A DNA stretch of 64,000 nt from Azolla caroliniana (taxonomy: Eukaryota; Plantae; Polypodiophyta). The notes beneath the pieces are model-generated. The model did no database searches. It was not told the DNA's origin and saw only the letters and a program-made list of their open reading frames with translations. The position numbers and the translations under genes are program-made. This document shows, one piece after another, positions 24,975-38,632 of the stretch (position 1 is the stretch's first letter; every line of letters begins with the position of its first letter). The stretch is from contig JBHGNT010000021.1 of NCBI GenBank assembly GCA_043228905.1, forward strand, positions 11,904,001-11,968,000, in the 5' to 3' direction.

Positions 24975-27900
24975 TCATAGTAACTCCCTTTTGATAGCTT
25001 CACAAAGCCTTCCAAAGTAGGACATTCGCTGCAATGCAGATATGGCTGAGACTGTATTACCTTCCTCAAAAGCATTGTTAAAACTGTTGCTCCACTGCAT
25101 CATCCTATTATTTGCCTGTCCACAATCATGCAATGTGTTATTCCTAAAATCCCAAAGAATAATCCATTGCCAAAGAAACTCAAATCTGATTGTTATTACA
25201 GTCTTATAGAGTCGTTCAAGAGTATCTTTGTCAGGATTATTCTCAAGGGCTTCTCGCAGTTCCATCACCTATTATCAGGAGAAAATCAGCAAAAAATTAA
25301 ATCCGCTCCTGGAATTCAACTACCATCAAATAAGACAAACCTAGTGAAAACCCATCACCTCAAGTATAAGTTCTGAATCATCTACAGTTCCTTCTTCCTC
25401 CACTTGTATGCCTCGTAACTTCAGCTATAAAAGAGGTTGGCAAATCAGGACCTCCACAAAACATTATGCACACTAAGACAAGAAGTTCATGAAGCACAGG
25501 GATCAAAAAGAAGTTTGAGCATCACACGACCATATTATGTTTTTAAATGCATTCAGTTTTTGGCCAGATTGTTGATTACCAGCTGATTACAGAACTAGTA
25601 GAGGACGTAAAGGTAGAGATTCAAGCACACTCTGATCACTGTTTTCCAACAATCACAAGAATGCTTGTATATCCAAAATTCTAATACCGATACTTAATAG
25701 CCAATCTTATAAGTTCCTAGGATACCATGGCTGCATTACTATTGACATAATTCAATGACAAGATATCAATGTGCTTTTGGCATTAGTGACCAAGTTAAGA
25801 TTTCCTTACTTGGATGACTGATTGGGAAGATTAAAATACTGACAAGATTGAGAGAAAGCATATATTAGTCAATATCAGTCTTTGTTCAGAGACTGCAGGA
25901 TGAATAGTACTTTCCCCATTCTACATTCATCTTCGTTGTGTTACCCTAAGATACGGATTTTCTGAAAAGGTTATTTAAGGACATAGTAAATGCACCTATG
26001 ATCAGTAAACGGGATCTTTATCTAATGTCTGATAAGTTTTAAAGTCAAGAACATAATAATGGCACCCTTCCCATAGTCCACATGATGGATGAAATGCACC
26101 TTTTCCATCTGAGAATCTAGATTGGAACATCCATGATTAGAAATCGATAATATATGGCATTTGAACAGGTGTGAAGTACAATAGATGGAAAACTCATTTA
26201 TCTTACACTCAAACTCTGAAAGTTTGCTTCAAGCTTTCAAATCCTTCTGCAACTTTATATATCTTGAAACCTCTATTAGCTTGCTTTATACAAGAATGCA
26301 TTTTGCATGTCCACCAGATAAACACAACAGCCACTATGTGCTACTAGTACAATTATTAACCAAAGCAAATGGTAATCATGCAAATTACTGATCCAAACTT
26401 CACAATACTTAGCCACTAGTCACATCATTTTTGTAGTTCACATTAAAGATCCAGTGATACTCTCCAACATTGTGCATCACAGCTGCTCTTGGAAAAGTTT
26501 CTTTCATAAAATGAGCAATGCAGGGATATTAGTTATTTGGCATGAAGCTGAAGTTCACTCCCCCTTCAAAGATTGACCTCTTTTTAGCCAAGCATCCAGA
26601 GTATTGAGGTTTTCTCAGGACGATAAAGTTGCCAAAAAAATGAACACCCAGCAGTCAATACCCAAACTTTACAAAATCTTTACATGGCATGATGAGGTCA
26701 ACAACAGTCAACATCTTTGCCTAAAGATTCAGATCATAGTTGTTCTCCAGCTTGGCAACAGAATGCTCGTTTTCTAATATTTACTCCACAGGGTAGAAAC
26801 ACAATTTCTATCAGTTATTTTCTCCTTTGGCAGAAACAAGGGTGGACACCCAAATACTTCAGTTAGGGATATGCAATCTACCCTGGTTTCATATGGACAT
26901 GATGGATACTGCATACAATAAATTCCAAAGTTCATTTTTTTCTTTCTTGAAATAGTATGAGACCATATCAATTTTAAACTTTGTTTTCTGGGCTAACATG
27001 AAGCCGGTCTGTTGATCTTCCAGAGGGCTGTAAGAGTGAAAACATGAAACGAACCACCGATTTAACTAACACTTCATTGCAGAAGTCTAATATAAACAAA
27101 GAGACATGCATTAAGATTTTCACGATCACTCCTTAACAAGGAAGTTGGCACCCCTTTCATATTTTTTAATATATAAATAATATAGGAGGATACAATAAGG
27201 TCGAGACAAACCAGAAAAACACAGCCATCAGTTTAAGCCTACTTCAGGGACTAGAACCTGCATATTGTGCATCTAAGGTAGTCTCCACTAACCATAGTAA
27301 ACAAAGAGACATGTCCTTAAGATTTTGCATTCACTAAGACTTAATTTCACAATGTCTCCTTAACAAGGAAGTTGGCACCACTTTCATATTTTAATTTATA
27401 ATTAATATAAGAGGATACAATAAGGTTGTTCAGAGACTAGAACCTGCATATAGAGCATCTAAGGTAGTCTCCACTAACCATAGTAGAAAGCTGAATTTAA
27501 CATTGACAAGATACATCTCTCTTGATGTCTTTCAGCAGTTTGATTGATAATTTGAATGTTTCCTTTGGAAAAAAATCAACATTGACGAGATACATCTCTC
27601 TTGATGTCTTTCAGCAGTTTGAGTGATAATTTGAATGTTTCCTTTGAAAACCAAAAGAAGTAAAGATTTAAATTTAGGTTGAACTTTTGCAATTTGATTG
27701 CAATTATGGGACTCGAAGGTGATGTAACTTCCAAGATTACAGAGATGAAAATTTCTGACTTTATATCGTGGAACATGCAACTACTCCTAAGAAAATGGAC
27801 AGAATATGTGCATGTTCTAGAATCACGAATTTCTTCACAAACATCTTGAATGCCTTCTGCCTAGCAAACTGCAAAATGTTGTAGAATATTTGGGGATGAA

Positions 27901-29808
27901 GTCGCGCACAATAAACTTACGTAGTGCTCCATCATTCCACCATGCTCCTCTACGCCAGACCTTTACTCAGGATGGCAAATACATTCTGAAGTTTCCCCAT
28001 TGATTCCTAGGGAATTTATACCTTCCAATCACAGGAAACTAAAGGCTGAATCTGACACAAATCTGGCCATGAATCCAATATTCTATAATTGGGGACAAAT
28101 AGAAATACATCAAGTTCTTAAAATTAGAAAGCAATCTAGAAATACAGATCTGGAAAGCCAAACACCTACTACACTCTGCACAATCAAATTAAGATTAACA
28201 AAGCTTACGGAATTAATGCATTTCCATTGAATAATGGATTTTAACAATATTATGGCATCATTTCCGTGGGTATTTCTCATCTTCGTCCATTAGGACCAAC
28301 GAAGTAAAGGCCAGACCTACATGAATATCATGGATGCCACAGAGTCACAATAGAGCCAGGCCTCCATTATCTATAATTTGGCCAAACCTAGAATGATGAA
28401 GATATAGAAACCCCTTGAAGAACACACAATCTAGAAATAACCATAATTAGAACTTTAATTACATTCATTATACTGGCGGTAATGGTTACCAGGGGTCTAA
28501 ATGAGAGGTCTAAGTGAAATGGCTAGTATGTGCAATTTATCAAATAGATCTTCAGAGAAGACCTTAGGAAGAAGTCAGTGATCATGGCAATGTCAACAGA
28601 GAGATACACTATGAATAAGTACCAGATATGTAGCTCTTGAAACAGGATTCAAAAGTTCATTGTATGCTGTGGTTACGAGTGCTGATAGTTGAGCAGAATT
28701 CCCCTTCTCTTCCTATACATCGACAGTAAAATTGCATAACTGAAGCAGAACAAAACCAAAGAAAGGAGAAACCTTGGACACGTGTAAAACCATTCAGAAG
28801 CAAAGAAGCAATGGCAAAATACCTTTGATTTCCCATGCGAGAGGTCCGGATGCAACTTCTTCATCAAGGACTTGTATTTGGCTTCTAAATCCTTGGGGTC
28901 CATTTCATATTTCTGATCCCTGCACAGTTATTGGCAAGGCATTCATCAGTGGAATGCGTTTCCCCCACAGCATGATAGGTGAGACTTAAACTCTATCCAA
29001 CATATTCTTTGGCATTATCAACTAAGGAGTAGAGTTTTTCTTGACCTCGTCTTATCAACAGGGTTTAGGGTTTAATAAGGGAAATATTTGGAATTTAAAC
29101 ATGATACTGTTCTTAAAACTTCATTAATCAGCACGTTACAAAGTCAAAGACATGCTCTTAGAATATCTTCATCCAAACCTTTGTGGGGAAACAGTAGAAA
29201 GACATCCAAATTAAATTCCTTAGAACATGCTCCCACGACAAGCTTGGAAGGACAATAAAAATAAACACAGGTCGGAGTGTTGTTTATCGAGCAGCTATAG
29301 AGCCTCGGTTTCATGTAATCTCTTCTACATCATCATAAAAAATAAATCATCCAGAACTGAGAGGTAGAGACCCAGATAGGGGGAGAGAGAGAGAGACCAA
29401 TCAAACTCACTGGTCAAAGATCTGGAAATAGGTGATGGAAGGATCAGGAGATTGTACTGCGGAGCAGGAAGGGCAGACCAAAATGCATCCTCTGCTCTCA
29501 CCACACGACCAGCAGCACTGACTCCCTTTCTTTGCCAGGCAGTAATTGCGAATTTGAGTGTTCATCAGAGATGACGAAAGCTGAAATGGAGGCATAACTC
29601 GTTGTCCTGCCACGACTTCCATCCACGAGACCCTGCTCCTCCTCCTTATCATCGCCATCGCCAACGCCATGCCCATGCCATGCCCATTGCTCTCTGCCTC
29701 ACCAAGATTATGGATGCAGCTTCTGAAGGCAGAAGAAGACAAGGAGGATCCATGGTCTCTTCTAAGCTTCTTCTTTAGAGCGTGCCTTGCTGCTGCCCCT
29801 GTCGCCAT
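24975..29808 (-). CDS. HSCB: Mitochondrial Fe-S cluster co-chaperone HscB/Jac1; exons 29808-29411, 28919-28823, 28712-28623, 25424-25359, 25268-25200, 25115-24975
   Basis: Basic Ser/Arg-rich transit-like N-terminus. CWSC...CPSC..VQ tetracysteine motif, YFQIF, J-domain YKSLMKKLHPD, SALVTTAYNELLNPVSRATYLLKL, ELILEVMELREALE. GT-AG introns. Confidence 0.92.
26400..27050 (-). mobile_element. Decayed LINE (L1-like) RT C-terminal remnant in HscB intron 3
   Basis: Minus-strand codons CTG AAG TAT TTG GGT GTC (LKYLGV) near 26845-26865 and a downstream EGG motif near 26560, in the order expected for plant L1. Heavily frameshifted. Confidence 0.45.
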
Positions 29809-31858
29809 TCCTTCTTCCTCCTTCCTTCCCTTTCCCCCACCGAGTCTTTTCTTTTCGTTTCTGTTACATCTAATTATTACTATTATTATTATTATTATTA
29901 TTATTAGATGGCCACCACACCATCCGCCTCGGTTCAGTTCGACCGACATGTACATATTATGCTCTGCGGATTTGTAAAGCACCTCTCCAAACATTTGGAA
30001 CTCTTGATTCCAATCAAGAGATTCTAGGAGGGGTTTGCGCACCCCTTGTCGTTGGTTTAGTTGACTGAAGATATGGAGAGGTTTTGGTATGGTCAACAAG
30101 GTACCGAAGCATCATGCTATGCCATTTTTTCTACCCTAAGAAATGAGTGACGACCTTCATGTAATTCACGGTGGTCAGGGCATTGACTATGCCCTCATGT
30201 TTCAACCAAAACTACAATTAGGCCACATCTTATGAGCAAGCTTATTATTAATTGTTGATTGATGGACGTGCCACAATTAGAGTTTTGGCAAAGGTTACAA
30301 TTACAATTAATCTACCTCTATGATCCTTTACTCTATTGATAACACTAGCGCCTTCATTTAAGGGGAAGAAGAAGATTTTACTAACCATGTGAAAGATCAC
30401 ACATGTCAAAAATCTAGTGACAAAAATGATCATGCATATTGTTAAAGACTTTCAAGCAACTACTTCATTTACAATTCTATGTTAGCTTCATAGTCATGCA
30501 CACATGCAGCAAACACACAATTGTTGAAACAATTTTCATTCATTTTCCCTGCAATGAAATTTGGAAAATGCCATTATTAGCAATATTGAAACCAAGTCAC
30601 GTTGCACCTTTTATAATTACACATTACAATCATACATCCTCTGAGATCGGAGAATTTAATAGGGTCTCATAAGACACAGGCAACTGCCATTTGACATGTA
30701 CGTTCCTTCAAGATAGATAGATAGATTGTACATAACACATCGATTAGCAAAATCTACACAATTAAATTCAGTGGCTTTATTGATGTTTGCAGATAGGAGA
30801 TGCGATACTTTGTGCTTTGTGCTACTGTATGACCAACAATGTACAATACATAATTTTGACATCAACCCTTTCTCAATTGATATTTTTCAGACGTTACATT
30901 CACTTCACTTCTGATGGGAATCTTAAAGCATGCTTTTTTCTTGTAAAGAAACAGTACATTACCCCATCCCCTCCTTCCAAAAATAGCCATCAACACACCT
31001 TCACCATTTCCTTCTTACATTAACATGAAATGGTAGTCAAGTGACGACGTTCACTAAATTTCCCTGGGACAAGGTAGTTTCACAAGTTTCATAACAGCAT
31101 TAAATCAATTGTTTCATATCCACGAGACAATTTTTCTTTATAAACATAACTTATTCCCAGAAAGAAAACACAATAACAACCCATGATGATCTCTTCTGTT
31201 GGATGAACCCAAATCATGCAGTCACTTGGTATGTGAGTATTCTGTTTAGAAATCTAATAATGTACAATGACATTTAAGACCATCCCTCCCCTCCCTGGTA
31301 AACAAAACAAAGCAAGAGCAAAAAACATAAAACAAAAACAAAATGATCCTCGATGTGGAGATAAATTAGATAGTAGGGAGGGGTACATATATCCTCCACC
31401 ATGACAAAATATTAACGAGTCTCCATTGATTTGAATATAACAAAGCACTGGTAACTCCTGAAAGAGCAGCAAATTGAGCAAGGTACTGCCAGTCGGTGAG
31501 AAGTAGACATATACACCTATCTCCCCTGCCCCACAGAACACACAGTTCAGAACCTCAAATTTTCACTTTTGCATAATGCAAAAGAGTAGAGCATAGCATT
31601 CACAGAGGAAAACTACTGCATAAATTGTATTTTAACACCAAACCATGACTGGCCTAGTGAAGATAAATTCTTGATATCCGGATATCATTTATCTCTGGAA
31701 CTTAGATATGCCTGCAACTAAACTGACCAAAACAAATTCATGGGGAAACATTCATGGCCCTGGTATTAAAGAAAAATGTGTCTGAAAAACAATGACCCAA
31801 AAGCTGATGAGGAGCAACTCCACTAGCAATGGCCACCTATTGGCAAAAGCAGATCCAT

Positions 31859-34800
31859 CTATTTGGCATCAGGAAACTTCGCCTCATATGCTTGAGGTGT
31901 CTGTGGGCCAGGTAAACAGAATTGTGATCAAGAATTCAGAAGAACAATATAAACAGAGGTGAATAGGAAGTAGAAAGTAGCAGTTACCATGAAAGTTGTT
32001 GTGATCATCTTGCCAGCAAACCAACGCCCATGAAGTGATCGTTGTGCACTGACTGCTGCCGGCATTGTACCAAACCGGATATAGACATGTCCCGCACTGT
32101 TCCTGCATTTCAAACCTCATAAACATTATCAGGAACAAGCAAGAAATTCTTCATCATTTTGTTGTAATTTTTTGACTTTATTTTTGTTCTTAAGAGAATC
32201 CAGTACTTGTCCACAAAGATATGCTTCACTGCCCCATATTTCGCACACTCTGACTGCACTTCCTCCTTGATATCAAGATCAAAATCTGGCTCGGTCTGTT
32301 TAGCAACAAAAACATTGGTGAAGCCCAACTTAACAAAGTCTTTTAGAATATCCACAGCAAAAAACTGATAACAGACTTCGAATAGGGAAGACAAACCTCC
32401 ACAGCTGGATCAAACATGTTCTTCAGAAGCAAGCAGTCTGTTGGTGCACCAATAGGTTCAATGACAGCAGCTACTGAAGCAGCCCCTCCTAAAGCAGGGT
32501 TTGCTATGCCAACCATTCCCGGAATACCTAAACTTGGTATGATTGGCGCTATTGCAGGCATATTGAATGGAGCAGGGCCCACCGCAGTTGATACAATGCT
32601 GATGCAATAGATGTGCATACTTTTCAGGTTTCGTAATGGTATATATTAGCATGAAGCCCTCAACAACTGGAGGCATGGAAAAGAAGGCATACCTTGAAAC
32701 AGTGCCTGTTCTATCAAGCTTCTGCATGAGTAGAGTTCTAGATCGAGCAGTGAGAGACTGCAAAAACATATACCCCAGCGATAAAAAAGGTTTAAAACAA
32801 ATGGCACTAAATATGTAGATAGAACTCGGGAGAGGGGGAGAGAGAGAGAGAGAGAGAGAGAGATACCAGGCCTCCCCCATCATCATCATCAAGCTCCCCT
32901 GGAGCAACAGTAGGGTCTTGCATCGATTGTTGATCTGTCATTGGTACTACCTATAGCAACCACTCCTTATTCACACAATTCACCTTAGGCAGACACATCA
33001 GTAAAAATTGGCATGACAGACATACCTTCACAACACGCCCTGCTAATTCTAGAACCCCATTTAGATTTTGTTGGGCCATACGAGCATCTTCAAGCCTAGC
33101 ATACTTCAAGATTTAATTTCACATTAGAACAACATTAGGAAGTACGAATTTCATAATATTGTAAATGCTGCAGACATTGCAAGAGTACTGTTTTATATCA
33201 ATACAGCAGAGATTTTCACATACAGAGTGTCATACAAGAACATAGAGAGCAACCAGTACATATTTTCACAGTAGTAACAAGCACACTGCAATAGACAAGC
33301 TTCAGATCAATGCATCACAACAAACTCACACACAAAGTTGCAAGCATTACGAAGTTTGAACATCAGAAACAGACTGCAAGCACGGGCCATTAGAGATCAG
33401 GTAGACTTACTTGTACAAAACCATAGCCTTTGCAATGGCCAGTCTCTGGTTCTGTAGGAAGTTGCACCAATTCAACGACACCAAAAGGCTCAAAGACCTG
33501 TCGATCACAAAAACCTGATCTTCACCAAAATTCTATCATGAACTGCGAGAGAAAGCAACACATAGTTATATATAAACCTGTTTCAGTTGATCCTCTGTCA
33601 TGTTGTAATGCAAATTCCCAACATACAAGCGTCTAGCCCCTCCAGAATATGGGCCCATCATACCAGCTGCAGCACTAGCTGTTGCAGTCGACTGGACTAA
33701 GTTCTTCTCTGCTTCAGATGGCTTTACCATGACGGGTTGTCCTAGCAGGAGCTGGCCAGTCAATGCAATTGCCATGGGGACAGACATTGCATCGAAAAAC
33801 TCGATATACCTGAAAAGACATATCAGGAAGGAACATGCATATAACTCCTGTAACATGGAATGAGCTTGATGGAAGGAAGACAGTTTTATAAGTTAGATAG
33901 GTAAGTATTACCCAACCCCTTTCGAACGCCTTGTATTTCTATCCATGATAAGTCTCACATCTCGGACCTACAGAAACAAAATGGCAATTAAGAAAGACAC
34001 GCATGTTATAATGGATTTTTGGGAACCAAAACATTGATTACATCAGACACTAACCTTTCCTGCCCTAGAAAAGAAATCATAAACATCTCGTTCATCTGCC
34101 TTCAAAGAAATCTGCACATTAAAACAGAGGAAGAAACTCATCTAGACAGATTGCAAACCTCTTTCATTGCACAAGTCTTACTTCCTACCTTGGATCAACC
34201 AATAAATGCAATGGCTCAACTAATAGTATCGAGAAGTTTCACTCAAATTCTTTAGATAGAAGACAATAAGTCCCAAATTACCATATGTTTCTTTGCCTTA
34301 CTAACCATATTGTGGAAATTGAGAGTCTCTTGAAAGTTGGAATGCTTTCTTAAGCAGATAATTAGCTCGCATAATCTATAAAAAGTATCTTCTGAGACTT
34401 GGAAGTTTTTTTTGTAGTAAACGAAGACTATGAAGTAAAATAAGATGTAAAACAGAGCATCACATTTCCTTGCCTTACTAAGGATTACTTGGATAGTTGA
34501 TGAACTGCTCAAAGCAGAGGAGAGGCTTTAACTTATAACTGGCATAATCCAGAAAAAAAACGCATATCAATCCAAGAGAGTAGCACCAAGTATAAATAGA
34601 TACAACAATATTTCCTAAGAAAAAAGCTATGATTAGTGCCTCTAGTCGACGCTGCTATGTACACCTACTTATCAAGAACTTGGAGTTGAACAAAGAACAT
34701 TCGACAATATCAACAACCCAGACAATATATACAGCTTAGAGATCCACACAACCATAACTTAGACATAAAGATACGTTTTTGCAACTTCTCAATGACTCAA

Positions 34801-35958
34801 TCTCAAGCAGTCAGAATTGGACAAAATACATATTCAACATAGATACATCCCTTGCAGACACGTGAACCTAACCTAGACACACACATGGCAAATCAAGTAA
34901 TTCTCTTCTGACTAAAGTCAGAAAGGAGAAAAATCACCAGGAGACCAGCATCCCTGCATAAAATGATCATTCAGACATAATTGTACACAACTAAGTCACC
35001 ATTGAGATACATATGTGTGTATATATACCTATTAATGCATATTTGTGAGAAACGCATAGAGCAACTAAAAACATCCACGGTGCCAGCATAACCGTTTAAA
35101 AAATAGATGTTTCAACCAAAACCTGGTATGCAAAGACAGTCCGTTGATCTCGCTCAGGATCAGCCTCTGGCTCAGCTCCTTCTTCCTTCTTCTCTCTCTT
35201 CTCCCGGTGTGGGTAGCTGCAAATGAACCACGTATTGTACAATATTCTTTTGACAAAAAGGAGTTCATAAAAATAGAAACAGGGTTAACCTCCACATTAA
35301 AAGAAATGCTCCATACATACCGATGATCTCTTTCTCTCTCTCTTTCTCTTTCTCGTTCTCTCTCTCTTTCTCTTTCTCTTTCTCTTTCTCTTTCTTTTTC
35401 TCTCTCTCTTTCTCCATCTCGGCTCTTGCTTGGCTCTCTGTCGTGTGATTCATAATCCCTGCCCTTGCTGTGAGCCCGATCTTTGCTGTGCTTTCGGTCT
35501 GGATCTCTCTCTCTCTCTTTCTCATGATCTCGTTCCTTGTCTCCGTCCTTGCTACGTCTCCTTCTGTCAACATCCCTATCCCTGTCTCTGTCCCTTTCCT
35601 TGTCTTTATCTTTGTCTCTATCTCGATGTTCTCTTTCTCTTTCCCGGTCTCTGTTCTCTCTATGAGACCTTTCAGATCTTTCTCTATCGCGGTCACGGTC
35701 ACGGTCTCTGTCTCTATCTCCCCTGTCCTTGGATTTTTCTCTGTTCCCGCGGTGATCCCTGTCATCAGATTTCCCATCCAGAGATCTGTGGCGCTTACTC
35801 TTGTGATATCCATCCTCTGCCTCATCTCCTCCTTCCGTTGTTCTTCGCTTGTCCTTCTCTGCACTCTTGCTGCTCTTTAGAGATGTACCGTTTGATCCTT
35901 TCTCCGCATCAGCAGACTCCACAGTCTTCTCAAGGTACTCGTACTCATCAAAATCCAT
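31859..35958 (-). CDS. RBM39: RBM39/CAPER (CC1-like) splicing factor: RD/RE-rich N-terminus, two RRMs and a UHM; multi-exon (e.g. 35958-35321, 35216-35123, 34111-34055, 33967-33912, 33809-33578 ... 31900-31859)
   Basis: MDFDEYEYLEKTVE, DPERDQRTVFAYQ, VRDVRLIMDRNTRRSKGVGYIEF, GQPVMVKPSEAEKN, RRLYVGNLH, LLMQKLDR, CLLLKNMFDP, HGRWFAGKMIT, YEAKFP*. Confidence 0.93.
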
Positions 35959-36217
35959 GGCCTTTGCCTTAGCTTTACAGCAGAGAGGTGGAGGGATTGG
36001 TTAAACCTGTCTCCACAGAAACACGCTGGGAAATGGGAAAGCGAAACGGAACGGGAAAACAAAATACAAGCTTGAAAGGCAAAACAAAATGACGATAACA
36101 AGAAACGCGATGTAAACATACCTGAAAGAGAGAGGGACAGAGACAGAGACAGAGAAGGAGGGAGATGTCAGAAACCCTAAATTTCAGCAGGTCGAGCAGG
36201 CAGAGAAGCTCAGGACG

Positions 36218-36261
<44 letters not shown>

Positions 36262-36634
36262 GACTGTGAACCTTAAGCCTAACCCTAATCTTCGGTTTGA
36301 GTCTGTCTGGTGTGGGTGGGTGGGTGTCTGTTGAAGCCAGCTTCTTCCAAAAGAGAAGGGCAGCCCTAAATAATAAATAGAAGCCCCAAGTATGTAAGTA
36401 AGTAAATAGTAGTAGTAGCAGTAGAGTAGTAGGAAGAGTCGGAAGGAAGTATGTATGTATGGATGATGTATGTACATATGTATGTAATGTATGTATGGAT
36501 GTATGTATGTAAGCCAAAGCAGAGAGGCAAGGCAAAACAAAGTATGTACATACATATGGGAGGAAGGGAGGAAGGAAGAGCAAGAGCAGCCCCTTTCTCT
36601 CCCTTTACACATAATTCCATTACATACCCCTCCC

Positions 36635-37013
36635 TAGGGATCAGCAACGGCTCAGCTCAAGCCTAAACCGTTTGGCTAAAGCGGCTTAGCAGCTCGGCTC
36701 GGCTTAGGCTCGAGCCTGCCTTAACGGTTTGAGATCGGCTCGACTTGGCTTGAGCCTCCCAAACTGGCTCAAACCGACTAAGCCGTTTAAGTGATTTAAT
36801 TGTAATACAATTATGAAGTTTAATATATAAATTGTAATAAATTTATGGTATGAAGTTGAATATTCATTGTAATAGTATTGTTGTTTTCTCCCAAACCAGT
36901 TTAGGGGTCGGTTTGGTTTAGGTTTGAAAACCCCTGAACGGTTTAGGCTTAACCGATTTGGCTTGGATAAGGCCAAACCGGCGAAGCCTAAACCGAACCG
37001 TTGTCGATCTCTA
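36635..37013. mobile_element. hAT-type MITE (379 bp) upstream of RBM39
   Basis: TIRs TAGGGATCAGCAACGG / CCGTTGTCGATCTCTA. Perfect 8-bp TSD CCCCTCCC at 36627-36634 and 37014-37021. Subterminal AAACCG/CGGTTT and GGCTCGG repeats. Confidence 0.88.
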
Positions 37014-37301
37014 CCCCTCCCCCCTCTCTTCCTTCCTGCACCTTCACACAAATATAACCCCCCACACACACCCCTTTCTTCTCTTGACTCGACCATGTAG
37101 TTTGCATCTTTCATTTTGTCTTAGATCAAATTCCTACACCCCCAAACCCTACTCCACCTGATCAATTACGATCCATTTGATACTTTCATCTGTTCTACAT
37201 GTTGTATATATGGAGTCTCTTGTTCCTCGCTTTCTATTATTGTCTGTAATTAGGAGCAACCCTCTACTAATGACAAAGAAACATTCTGAAGGTTATCTTT
37301 A

Positions 37302-37360
<59 letters not shown>

Positions 37361-38236
37361 AAAACCAAACAATTATATTAATTGCATGTAAAACCCACTT
37401 GTTACAACTTCTTAGTCTCCTCTACCTATCTATGTAGGGAGAGTAGGGAGTGGGACATCCTTTGAAGCCACTAGAAAACACTTGTGGCAATTATCCCCAC
37501 ATGTTCTAACATCTAGAATTTCCACATAAGAATGCCTTTTAACTTCTTCATATAGGCTTTCACCCCCCTTTCATGGCTTGTCAACTATCAAACATAAAAA
37601 CATTACGCGTATTTGTATTGTGTTGCAGTCCCCAATATTGTGAAAATGGAACAATATCTTCAGGAACACTAGGACATTTGAAATAGGTAATATGTCGTGT
37701 TCTCTTTTTTACTTCTTGGGGAGATGTTAAAAAGGCTTATTTCAACACAATTTCATGATGATATGATGCATGCATGCATGGTTTCTTAAAATATACCATT
37801 TTAGCTAATTATTTTCATGACAAGAAAAACAATAGTTTCATATTCCATCTATCATGTTTTTTTATGCAATTTTGAGATAAGGACTGAAATTCCATGCAAG
37901 CTTAATTGTATTAACCTCGATTTTGCAGAATATGAAAATGGTACCCCATTGAACTAATTTTATAATGCTAAATTTATATAGAGCGTGTCTCTACATATTA
38001 ATTGCAATCCACTCTTTTATTGATTTGTCTCAAAATGTAGACCATGGTTCTCAATTTGCTTTAATGTTTAGAACTTGATTTCAAAATAAGCATATTGTAA
38101 CTTTGATTTCAGATTGAATAATTCCCATATTTTTCAAAGGCTCTTAATAGTTACATGGAAAGATTGAATATTTCCCATAGCCTTTAAAGGCCCTTAATCG
38201 ATACATGTGGACAAAATAATAAAAATAATAAATTAT

Positions 38237-38484
38237 TGGATTTTCAATTAAAATCTGATGCATTGCATCAAATTCTAAATGTATAGAGTAAAATCCGATG
38301 TAGTACATAATAATATTTTTTAATTATTTTTTCCATAAACAAATCTTGGATTTTCAACTTAAATCCAATGCACTGCATCAGAATTTAGATTTATAGAGTA
38401 AAAATTGATGTAGTGCATCGGATTCTAGATGTATAGAGTAAAATTTAATGCAGTGCATTGGATTTCAATTGAAAATCCAAGATT
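38237..38484. repeat. AT-rich tandem/foldback repeat
   Basis: ~39-bp units (AATCCGATGCA.TGCATC.GA.T.TAGA.TGTATAGAGTAA). 38342-38484 has ~37-bp inverted arms AATCTTGGATTTTCAA...TTGAAAATCCAAGATT. Confidence 0.75.
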
Positions 38485-38632
38485 TTTTATTTTTTTCCTT
38501 TTTTAAACTTTAAGATTGTTCACAAATTGTTAAAACATCCTAGTTTTCTAAAGTTAAGGTGGTTTGCATTGTTAATTAAATTTATTCTCTCAAAATATTA
38601 GTAATTCAAGAATATGATCATTATTCTATTTA

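Noticed and set aside
29809-30099. N-terminal extension of the HscB ORF
   Set aside because: Non-ATG start with a poly-Ile run from an (ATT)n repeat. The ATG at 29808 gives a plausible transit peptide.
35265-36666. Several long overlapping ORFs around the RBM39 5' end
   Set aside because: Alternative-frame or antisense products of the RD/RE-coding repeats and microsatellites.
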